This document shows positions 1 to 6,443 of a stretch of DNA of 26,852 nucleotides, one piece after another. The notes beneath the pieces are model-generated. The model was not told the DNA's origin. It ran no database searches and saw nothing but the letters and a program-made list of their open reading frames with translations. Source of the stretch: a virus. Lineage: Duplodnaviria; Caudoviricetes. The stretch spans positions 1 through 26,852 of IMG/VR virus record IMGVR_UViG_3300037424_003009; one strand, 5' to 3'. Position numbers and translations under genes: made by a program. Position 1 is the stretch's first letter. Every line of letters starts with the position of its first letter.

Positions 1-279
1 ATGGCGCGGCGGATGGCGGCGGCGCGGGCGGCGAAGGAGCGGCGGCGGATGGAGGGTGACGCCTGTCCGCCGCCGGTGCGGCTGCCGGAGCTGCGGCGCG
101 AGGTGATTGTCCGCGATCACGATTTTGGTTTGGTGGAGTATCGGTTTGAGTTTTTACGCACGACCCGCACCGACTGCTATCGGCTGGTGTGCGACGGGGT
201 GGTGCTGGCCGAGCGTATCGGCTGGGCCAGGGCCCTTGAGGTGATCCGCAAGGGCTTTATCAGGGTAAGGGCCGCATGA
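1..279 (+). CDS. hypothetical phage protein (92 aa; start at window edge)
   Basis: ORF with phage-like codon use; stop overlaps the next start (ATGA, 276-279). Confidence 0.6.
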   Translation: MARRMAAARAAKERRRMEGDACPPPVRLPELRREVIVRDHDFGLVEYRFEFLRTTRTDCYRLVCDGVVLAERIGWARALEVIRKGFIRVRAA

Positions 280-488
280 GCGGCGAAGGAGACTGTGAAA
301 TGACCAGAGAAGAGAAGATTAAGAGGGGCGCTGCCATTGACAATTTGGTGGCTGTGGTGGAAGGGCATGTTGGCGCTGATAAGGCGGACGAAATGGCGCG
401 GGAGATTGCCGACCTCCTGGAGACGGCCGGCAAGCTCCTGCTGCCCTACCATCACGTCGCGGTCAAGACCGAGGTTTTGCCACTCTGA
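276..488 (+). CDS. hypothetical phage protein (70 aa; alternative start at 300)
   Basis: ATGA coupling with the upstream ORF; AAGGAG also precedes ATG 300. Confidence 0.6.
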   Translation: MSGEGDCEMTREEKIKRGAAIDNLVAVVEGHVGADKADEMAREIADLLETAGKLLLPYHHVAVKTEVLPL

Positions 489-657
489 TGCCGTCGTGGG
501 CCGCGGCTATCTCGCCCACCAGGGCGGCGTAGTCAGAGGCCAGGCGTTTGAGCCGTTCGGCGTCGTCGCGGGCAGCACCCTGGCCGACCTGCTTGTTTTG
601 CAGGGCCTGTACAAAGATGTCCTTGGCGACCAGCATGATGAGTTCTTTACGTTCCAT
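463..657 (-). CDS. small reverse-strand hypothetical protein (64 aa), moron-like
   Basis: Strong SD (AAGGAGG-aaac-ATG on the minus strand); candidate extended -10 TGcTACTCT at 719-727 (minus). Confidence 0.7.
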   Translation of the reverse strand: MERKELIMLVAKDIFVQALQNKQVGQGAARDDAERLKRLASDYAALVGEIAAAHDGIRVAKPRS

Positions 658-774
658 GTTTCCTCCTTGTGTGAAATGGTTGGGGCGGCGACATGCCGCT
701 CCTGAGTTGGCGCTTACCAGAGTAGCACAAGCGAGGGTTTTTTGTGGATAGGTTTTACCCGTGATTTAAAAACG

Positions 775-804
775 TTGACAGTGTCCGCTGGTTGGGGCTA
801 TCTT
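775..804 (+). promoter_or_regulatory. sigma70-type promoter of the c4-ant transcript
   Basis: Perfect -35 TTGACA (775-780), 18-bp spacer, -10 TATCTT (799-804). Confidence 0.75.
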
Positions 805-810
805 GGTCTC

Positions 811-899
811 GTCACGGCAAAATCCGTGACCGGGATTCGAAGCCCGAACCATAACGGCGGACACACCGCCCCAGCAGTTTTGGCGGTTTTTTTGTGTCC
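811..899 (+). promoter_or_regulatory. C4 upstream target leader (a1/b1) with conditional terminator
   Basis: Hairpin GTCACGG/CCGTGAC (811-830); a1 TTCGAAG (836-842) in the loop of CGGG/CCCG; b1 AACGGC (853-858); stem ACCGCC/GGCGGT (865-887) followed by a T-run. Confidence 0.75.
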
Positions 900-922
900 A
901 CAGCATGGCCAGCGCATTTTTT

Positions 923-998
923 GGGCGGGCCGTGCGGGGAGCCCTCGGGCTCGCCGGTTTGCCGTTTGGCCGGTCTTCGAACCCGCACGGTTCCGCCC
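923..998 (+). ncRNA. c4: C4-type antisense RNA (P1 c4 / P4 CI-like)
   Basis: Closing stem 923-938/982-998; hairpin GAGCC-CTCG-GGCTC; stem GCCGG/CCGGT with loop TTTGCCGTTTGG (b'); single-stranded CTTCGAA (a', 975-981). Both boxes have complements upstream and downstream. Confidence 0.85.
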
Positions 999-1002
999 TT
1001 TT

Positions 1003-1047
1003 TGCGTTTCGAAGCGCAGGGGCGGGAATAATCACCCCAAACGGAGG
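1003..1047 (+). promoter_or_regulatory. C4 downstream target (a2/b2) overlapping the antirepressor RBS
   Basis: a2 TTCGAAG (1008-1014) in the loop of TGCG/CGCA; b2 CCAAACGG (1037-1044) is the exact complement of 962-969 and overlaps SD GGAGG (1043-1047). Confidence 0.8.
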
Positions 1048-1054
1048 TAGTACA

Positions 1055-1981
1055 ATGAACAACGACCAAACCAACAACCAGATCGTCCCTATGTTTTTTG
1101 AAGACATGCCGGTGCGTCTCATTGTGGATGAACACAACGAGCCGTGGTGGGTGGCCAAGGATGTTTGTGATGTGCTTGAGCATTCTGACGCAAATATGGC
1201 GACCCAAAATCTCGACGATGACGAGAAGCTGCTCCAAGAAATCTTTGGAGCAGGTCAGCGAAGAAAGATGCTCACCATCTCCGAATCCGGCCTCTACACT
1301 CTCATCATCCGTTCTAACAAGCCCCAGGCCAAGTCATTCAGACGATGGGTCACTGCCGAGGTGCTCCCCACCATCCGCAAGACCGGCGGTTACATGATGC
1401 CGCGCCACGACCACGCCCTGGTGGCGGCGGTGGAGACGCGGGTTATGATCATGGTGGAGACGGCCCTGGCCCGGATGAGCGACCAGATCGTCGCCACCCT
1501 GGACGAGCGGCTCAGCCGGCTACAGTTCAACCGCTGGCAGGGCAGCCCGGCGGTCAAATTCCTCCAACGCTACTGCGAGGTGGCCAGTCATCAGTATGTT
1601 GCCAAGGCCGACCTCTATGAACTGTACAGCCAATGCCACCAGGAGAACGGCTGGTACGTGGACTGCAAGGCCCACTTTTTCGCCAATCTCTACCGCACCG
1701 TTGACGAGTGCTATTCGGCCACCAAGACCATCAACGGCAAGCGGGTCGGCATTGTGCGCGGCCTCGGCCTCAAGGAGGACTGGCATGTCATGTTCAGCGA
1801 GGACAGTCGTGCCGCCGCCACCAGTAAACGTAATCTTCGTGAGCTGGAGCAGAAGTCAAGGGTGGTGCACGAGGAGTGGCGGGCCAAATTCAAGGCGGAA
1901 AGCGAAGAGGTTGACCGCCTCCACGCCGAGGAAGTGGCAGCCATCAGGCGCGGCGGTTTAGACGGCAAGGAGGCGCACTGA
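1055..1981 (+). CDS. Bro-N domain antirepressor-like protein with C-terminal winged-helix-like domain (308 aa)
   Basis: Bro-N motifs EPWWVAKDVCDVL, ISESGLYTLIIRSNKPQAKSFRRWVTAEVLPTIRKTGGY; SD GGAGG 7 nt before ATG 1055. The track start at 905 runs through the RNA. Confidence 0.9.
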   Translation: MNNDQTNNQIVPMFFEDMPVRLIVDEHNEPWWVAKDVCDVLEHSDANMATQNLDDDEKLLQEIFGAGQRRKMLTISESGLYTLIIRSNKPQAKSFRRWVTAEVLPTIRKTGGYMMPRHDHALVAAVETRVMIMVETALARMSDQIVATLDERLSRLQFNRWQGSPAVKFLQRYCEVASHQYVAKADLYELYSQCHQENGWYVDCKAHFFANLYRTVDECYSATKTINGKRVGIVRGLGLKEDWHVMFSEDSRAAATSKRNLRELEQKSRVVHEEWRAKFKAESEEVDRLHAEEVAAIRRGGLDGKEAH

Positions 1982-2157
1982 TGCTTGCCACCAAAGACCT
2001 CCAGGACATCGCCCTGCACAACATCGCCCGGATTGCGGCGCTTAGCAAGGGCCAGGGTGATCTCAGCGCCACCGTGGCCAAACTGGAAGAACGGTTGGCC
2101 CAGCTTGAGGGCCGCGCCCTTAACGGCCGGGCCCAGGTGTTGCGCCTGGTCAAGTAG
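1981..2157 (+). CDS. small coiled-coil hypothetical protein (58 aa, MLATKDLQDIALHNIARIAALSKG...VLRLVK), not in the ORF track
   Basis: TGATG coupling with the Bro-N gene; SD AAGGAGG at 1967-1973; TAG at 2155-2157. Confidence 0.7.
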   Translation: MLATKDLQDIALHNIARIAALSKGQGDLSATVAKLEERLAQLEGRALNGRAQVLRLVK

Positions 2158-2197
2158 CCCTCCGTCAAAGGGGGTCATTTCGATTTAGACCCTCTCC

Positions 2198-2219
2198 AAA
2201 ACGTCCGCAATTGCGGACA
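2198..2219. repeat. 22-bp element, copy 1, containing the 16-bp perfect palindrome GTCCGCAATTGCGGAC
   Basis: AAAACGTCCGCAATTGCGGACA, identical to 9454-9475. Confidence 0.9.
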
Positions 2220-2234
2220 CTCAATCACTCCACG

Positions 2235-2270
2235 AAAAGGGGGTGGCCACCCAGGCCACCCCCTTTTTTT
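2235..2270 (+). terminator. Rho-independent terminator (possibly bidirectional) ending the c4-ant operon
   Basis: AAAAGGGGGTGGCC-ACCCA-GGCCACCCCCTTTTTTT. Confidence 0.85.
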
Positions 2271-2368
2271 ATCCCCACCCAGCAAACACTGTAAACACTG
2301 CAACCCTACAGGCTTACAGCCTGCAGGCGATCCGCGCTATATATAGTCTTTCTCTACTACCTCCTCAT

Positions 2369-2403
2369 GTAGCGGGAAGGGCTACCCCGGCCCTTCCCGC
2401 TAC
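2369..2403 (+). promoter_or_regulatory. 14-bp perfect hairpin in the endolysin leader
   Basis: GTAGCGGGAAGGGC-7nt-GCCCTTCCCGCTAC, downstream of a candidate -10 TATAGT (2342-2347). Confidence 0.6.
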
Positions 2404-2444
2404 CGCCGTAAGCAATATTTAGCCCTTGCCGGGCGGGAAGACTT

Positions 2445-2822
2445 ATGACTGCACATTTCACCGACCACGAACTCACCTGTAAATGCGGTTGCGGCCGCAT
2501 GGCAATGAAGCAGGATTTCATGGCCAAGGTTGAAGACCTGCGGGTGGCCATGGGCATACCCCTTGTCCCGACCTCGGCCTATCGCTGCCCTGAGTATAAC
2601 GCCAAGATTTCACGCACCGGCGCGAGCGGCCCACATACCACCGGCAAAGCCATTGATATCGCCATCTGTGGCGAAGACGCCTACAAGCTGGTGAAACTGG
2701 CCATGGACTTCGGCTTCTCTGGAATCGGCATCAGCCAGCGCGGGGCCCATAATGGGAGGTTTATCCATCTCGACGACCTGTCCTTTCCGGACTATCCCCG
2801 CCCACGCATCTGGTCTTATTAA
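2445..2822 (+). CDS. endolysin, peptidase M15 family Zn peptidase
   Basis: CKCGC, SAYRCPEYN, SGPHTTGKAIDI, FIHLD motifs; lysis position. Confidence 0.9.
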   Translation: MTAHFTDHELTCKCGCGRMAMKQDFMAKVEDLRVAMGIPLVPTSAYRCPEYNAKISRTGASGPHTTGKAIDIAICGEDAYKLVKLAMDFGFSGIGISQRGAHNGRFIHLDDLSFPDYPRPRIWSY

Positions 2823-2849
2823 TTTTAGAAAAAGCAGGAGGCTGCACCC

Positions 2850-3281
2850 ATGCGACATCATCTTAAACTTCACCAATATACCGTCCTGCTCTTTCTGTTT
2901 TGCCTGCTGTTCGGGCTCGCGGCCTGCCAGGACGAGGATATCATCAGTAACGCCTACAAGACCTTGAGCGTGGCCGCGGAGACCTATGACGCCAGCATGC
3001 GTGCCGCCGCCGATCTTGATGAGCGCGGGCTGCTTGATGACGAGGCAAAGGCCAAGGTCATCTCTATTGGCGGCAAGTGCCGGGCAGCCCATGGCGTTGC
3101 TGTGGCTGCTTTGGCCGCCTATGCAGAAACATCCAGGGCCGAAGACGGCGACAAGCTCGGGGTGGCCCTGGCCGAGGTCACCCGCCTCGTCTATGACCTG
3201 GGCACGATACTGACCCCGTACATCACCACCGGGGCCATAACAACGCAAGGGGCAGAAGGGCCTGACAAGGGGACGATATGA
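2850..3281 (+). CDS. helical lipoprotein in the lysis cassette
   Basis: Signal peptide with lipobox LAAC (Cys26); SD AGGAGG. Confidence 0.75.
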   Translation: MRHHLKLHQYTVLLFLFCLLFGLAACQDEDIISNAYKTLSVAAETYDASMRAAADLDERGLLDDEAKAKVISIGGKCRAAHGVAVAALAAYAETSRAEDGDKLGVALAEVTRLVYDLGTILTPYITTGAITTQGAEGPDKGTI

Positions 3282-3490
3282 AACAAGAAGAAAAGCAACT
3301 GGCAATCGTGGCGGTGGAAATGATCATCAAGTACGGAGTGCCGGCCTTCATTGGCGGTATCAGAAGCTTGCGGACTAATAACCCGACAGTGGCAGAGATA
3401 CGGGCACTGAGAGACACGATAAAGGCCCCTGAAGAGTATTTCAACGACCAGCCAGGTCAAGGCGGAGAAGGCGATGAAAAAGGAAACTAA
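3278..3490 (+). CDS. hypothetical protein in the lysis cassette (70 aa)
   Basis: ATGA overlap with the lipoprotein gene; amphipathic N-terminal half. Confidence 0.7.
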   Translation: MKQEEKQLAIVAVEMIIKYGVPAFIGGIRSLRTNNPTVAEIRALRDTIKAPEEYFNDQPGQGGEGDEKGN

Positions 3491-3659
3491 GAAGAAATTC
3501 TGGTTGAGCCGGACGTTCTGGCTCAACATTGTGGCCATCGTGGCCATGATCATACAGGCCCAGCTCGGCTGGGTCATGCCGCCGGAGACCCAAACTACTG
3601 CCCTGGCCCTGATCAACATGGTCCTGCGGCTGGTCACCAGGTCGGAAATAGGCTGGTAG
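3474..3659 (+). CDS. putative holin (two hydrophobic segments)
   Basis: Basic N-terminus, KKFWLSRTFWLN, two hydrophobic helices; SD GGAG. Confidence 0.7.
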   Translation: MKKETKKKFWLSRTFWLNIVAIVAMIIQAQLGWVMPPETQTTALALINMVLRLVTRSEIGW

Positions 3660-3663
3660 CAGG

Positions 3664-3897
3664 ATGCGCGAACCAATGGATGAGGGCGATATAGCCGCAG
3701 ACTACCAGGCCAGGCATAACGCCGCCGCCCTTGAGGAGCACCGCCGGGCTATGGCTAGGGCCGAAACAGGGCCAGGATCGGAGATGTGTGAGGAGTGCGG
3801 CGACGACATACCAGCGGCCCGCCGACAAAAGCAGCCGGGCTGTACCCGCTGCGTTGATTGCCAGTCCGCCCATGAGCGGCTGGCCGGGGGTATGTGA
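3664..3897 (+). CDS. TraR/DksA C4-type zinc finger protein
   Basis: N-terminal DEGDIA (DxxDxA) and CEECG...IPAARR...CTRCVDCQ. Confidence 0.9.
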   Translation: MREPMDEGDIAADYQARHNAAALEEHRRAMARAETGPGSEMCEECGDDIPAARRQKQPGCTRCVDCQSAHERLAGGM

Positions 3898-4229
3898 TGG
3901 ATCTGTTGTTGCGGTGGTTGCCAGTGGTGATTTTGGTTATCCAGGGCTTGATGGCCTGGGGCTTGTGGAGTCTCAAACAGCAGTTTGTTTCGCGCCGGGA
4001 GTGTGACGTGCGGCTGGTAGGAGTCAACGCGCGGGTAGGACAAACAGAGGTCAAGGTGGCCAACCTCGGAGAAAGCGTGCACACCATGCCGCCCAGATCT
4101 GAGCTGCAAGAACTGAGCAACAAGATCGGATCTCTCAACGAAAAGCTTGGCTACATTGATGGCCGCCTGTCCGGCATCAACCGGGCGGTTGATCTGCTCA
4201 ATCAACATCATTTACGGGTGAACGGATGA
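3894..4229 (+). CDS. DUF2730-like membrane-anchored coiled-coil protein (Mu gp25-like)
   Basis: N-terminal hydrophobic helix plus coiled coil; position before gp26/gp27. Confidence 0.75.
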   Translation: MMDLLLRWLPVVILVIQGLMAWGLWSLKQQFVSRRECDVRLVGVNARVGQTEVKVANLGESVHTMPPRSELQELSNKIGSLNEKLGYIDGRLSGINRAVDLLNQHHLRVNG

Positions 4230-4525
4230 ACGAATATGAAAAGTTGGTTGCCGCTGACAGGCGGCTGGTTGCCCTCCGGGTGCTTAATCAGGACGCTGAC
4301 TACAGCCACAATGAATATGTGCTGCGCTCTGCCCTTGCTGCCACGGGTCACAAGGTGGGCCAGGACAAGCTGCGTACCGAGCTGGCCTGGCTTGCCGAGC
4401 AGGGTCTCATTGCCGTTGAGGAGCCCGCCGGTGTCATGGTCGCCCGCCTTACATCGAGGGGCCGTGACGTGGCCGAAGGTGCAGTGGTTGTGCCTGGTGT
4501 GAAACGTCCGGAGCCGGAAGAATAA
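4226..4525 (+). CDS. Mu gp26-like winged-helix protein
   Basis: DRRLVALRVL...LRTELAWLAEQGL...ARLTSRGRDVAEG...VPGVKRPEP pattern; synteny. Confidence 0.8.
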   Translation: MNEYEKLVAADRRLVALRVLNQDADYSHNEYVLRSALAATGHKVGQDKLRTELAWLAEQGLIAVEEPAGVMVARLTSRGRDVAEGAVVVPGVKRPEPEE

Positions 4526-5097
4526 TGGGCAAGCAATCAACCATAGACCGTCTGCCGGATGATATCCTTGAGCGCCTCCAGGAGCTGCTCCGGGATCCGC
4601 GCGTCACCCAGCTTGAGGCCACCGCCCGGATCAACGAGGTGTTGGCCGCTGATGGCCATCAGGACAGGGTCACCAAGAGCGCGGTCAACCGTTACGACCT
4701 CAAAATGCGGGAGGCAGGCGACAAGCTGCGCCAGAGCCGCGAGATGGCCAAAATGTGGATCGGCAAACTCGGCGCCCAACCCCAGGGCCAGGTGGGCCAC
4801 CTGATCAACGAGATCCTGCGCACCCTGGCCTTTGATCTCTCCCTGAAACTTCAGAACGAAGAACTCACTGCCGAAAGCCTGCCCGGCGTCATCAGCCAGG
4901 TGAAAGGCCTGTCCCTGGCTGTCCAGCGCCTGGAGTCATCGAGCACCATGAATGTCAAGCGCGAGGCGGAGATCAGGAAGCAGGAGCGTGAAATCCTCAA
5001 AGAAAAAACGCTCAAAGCGGTTGACGCCGCCGGGGCAGGTGGCCGGATGACCGCCGACATGCTCAAGGCGGAAATCATGAAGGTGTACGGGGCCTGA
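4525..5097 (+). CDS. DUF3486 family, Mu gp27-like (putative terminase small subunit)
   Basis: MGKQSTIDRLP, VTKSAVNRY motifs; directly upstream of the terminase. Confidence 0.85.
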   Translation: MGKQSTIDRLPDDILERLQELLRDPRVTQLEATARINEVLAADGHQDRVTKSAVNRYDLKMREAGDKLRQSREMAKMWIGKLGAQPQGQVGHLINEILRTLAFDLSLKLQNEELTAESLPGVISQVKGLSLAVQRLESSSTMNVKREAEIRKQEREILKEKTLKAVDAAGAGGRMTADMLKAEIMKVYGA

Positions 5098-6443
5098 TGA
5101 GTAAGATTTTCTACCCATACCAGCGACGCTGGGTCAGCAACGCCAGCCGGTTCAAGATCGGCATGTTCGCCAGGCAGACCGGCAAGACCTTCACCACCAC
5201 CTTTGAGGTGGCCGAGGACTGTCAGCTGGCCGAACTGGACGGCAAAAGGGCCCGCTGGGTAATCCTGTCGCGCGGCGAACGCCAGGCCAAGGAGGCCATG
5301 GAAGAAGGGGTCAAGCGCCACTGCCAGGCCCTGGGTAGCATCGTCAAGAGTTTCGAATCAGACTACCAGACCGATGGCGCCAGCTACCGCGCCCTGGAGG
5401 TTGAGTTTGCAGGCGGCAGCCGTATCACGGCCCTACCGGCCAATCCCGACACGGCTCGCGGCTTTTCGGCCAATGTTTTTTTGGATGAGTTTGCCTTTCA
5501 CCAGGACAGCCGCAAGATCTGGACGGCGCTTTTCCCGGTGATCTCCGCCGGACACAAGCTGCGGGTGGTCTCCACCCCCAACGGCAAGGGCAACAAATTT
5601 TATGACCTGATGACCGGCCTCGACCCCATCTGGTACCGGCAGACCACCGACATCTATCAGGCCGTGGCCGACGGCCTGCCCCGCGATATCGACGAGCTGC
5701 GCACCGCCTTGGGCGACGATGATGCTTGGTCCCAAGAGTACGAGCTGAAGTGGCTGGACGAGGCCTCGGCCTGGCTCAGCTTTGAGCTGATCAGCGGCTG
5801 CGAAGACGACAAGGCAGGCAGGCCAGAGCTGTACGCTGGCGGCCCCTGTTATGTGGGGGTGGACATTGCCGCGCGCAACGATCTCTTTGTCATCTGGGTG
5901 GATGAATTGCTGGGCGATATCGCCTGGACCCGCGAGGTGATCACCCGCCGCCGTATTAGTTTTGCTGAGCAGGACGCCTTGCTTGCCGATGTTTTCAACC
6001 GTTACCGGGTGCTGCGCTGTTGCATGGATCAGACTGGCATGGGCGAGAAGCCGGTGGAGGATGCCCAGCGGCTCTACGGATCGAGCCGGGTGGAAGGGGT
6101 GCTCTTTACCGCCCCCAATAAGATGTCTATGGCCACCCTGGGTAAGCAGAGTTTTGAAGATAGAAAATGCCGCATCCCCATGGGCGACACGGCCTTGCGG
6201 GCCGACCTGCACAAGCTCAAAAAAGTTACCGGCCCCACGGGCACGCCGCGCTTTGTGGCAGACTCAGACAGTACCGGCCATGCCGACCGGGCCTGGGCCA
6301 AGTTCCTGGCTGCTAATGCGGCAAGCAACCCGGCGGCGCCCATCGAATACACCGAAGCGCCCAGGGTCGATGGCGGCTGGAACGGCTCACAAAATGAAGA
6401 CAACAATGATGATCACGCAGGAGCCGGAGGTGGCGCATGGTGA
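5097..6443 (+). CDS. terL: terminase large subunit (Mu gp28-like)
   Basis: Walker A RQTGKT, Walker B VFLDEFAF, VSTPNG, nuclease YVGVDIA and GHADRAWA. Confidence 0.95.
   Translation: MSKIFYPYQRRWVSNASRFKIGMFARQTGKTFTTTFEVAEDCQLAELDGKRARWVILSRGERQAKEAMEEGVKRHCQALGSIVKSFESDYQTDGASYRALEVEFAGGSRITALPANPDTARGFSANVFLDEFAFHQDSRKIWTALFPVISAGHKLRVVSTPNGKGNKFYDLMTGLDPIWYRQTTDIYQAVADGLPRDIDELRTALGDDDAWSQEYELKWLDEASAWLSFELISGCEDDKAGRPELYAGGPCYVGVDIAARNDLFVIWVDELLGDIAWTREVITRRRISFAEQDALLADVFNRYRVLRCCMDQTGMGEKPVEDAQRLYGSSRVEGVLFTAPNKMSMATLGKQSFEDRKCRIPMGDTALRADLHKLKKVTGPTGTPRFVADSDSTGHADRAWAKFLAANAASNPAAPIEYTEAPRVDGGWNGSQNEDNNDDHAGAGGGAW

Noticed and set aside
742-1050. 102-aa ORF with Ash-like motifs (AKSVTGIRSP, WAGRAG) and the 905-1054 extension of the Bro-N ORF
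   Set aside because: It starts upstream of the promoter, has no SD, and is best explained as a conceptual translation of the C4 RNA and its targets.
3659-3667. GCAGGATGC CsrA-like site at the TraR gene start
   Set aside because: Indistinguishable from a chance SD/ATG overlap; single short motif.
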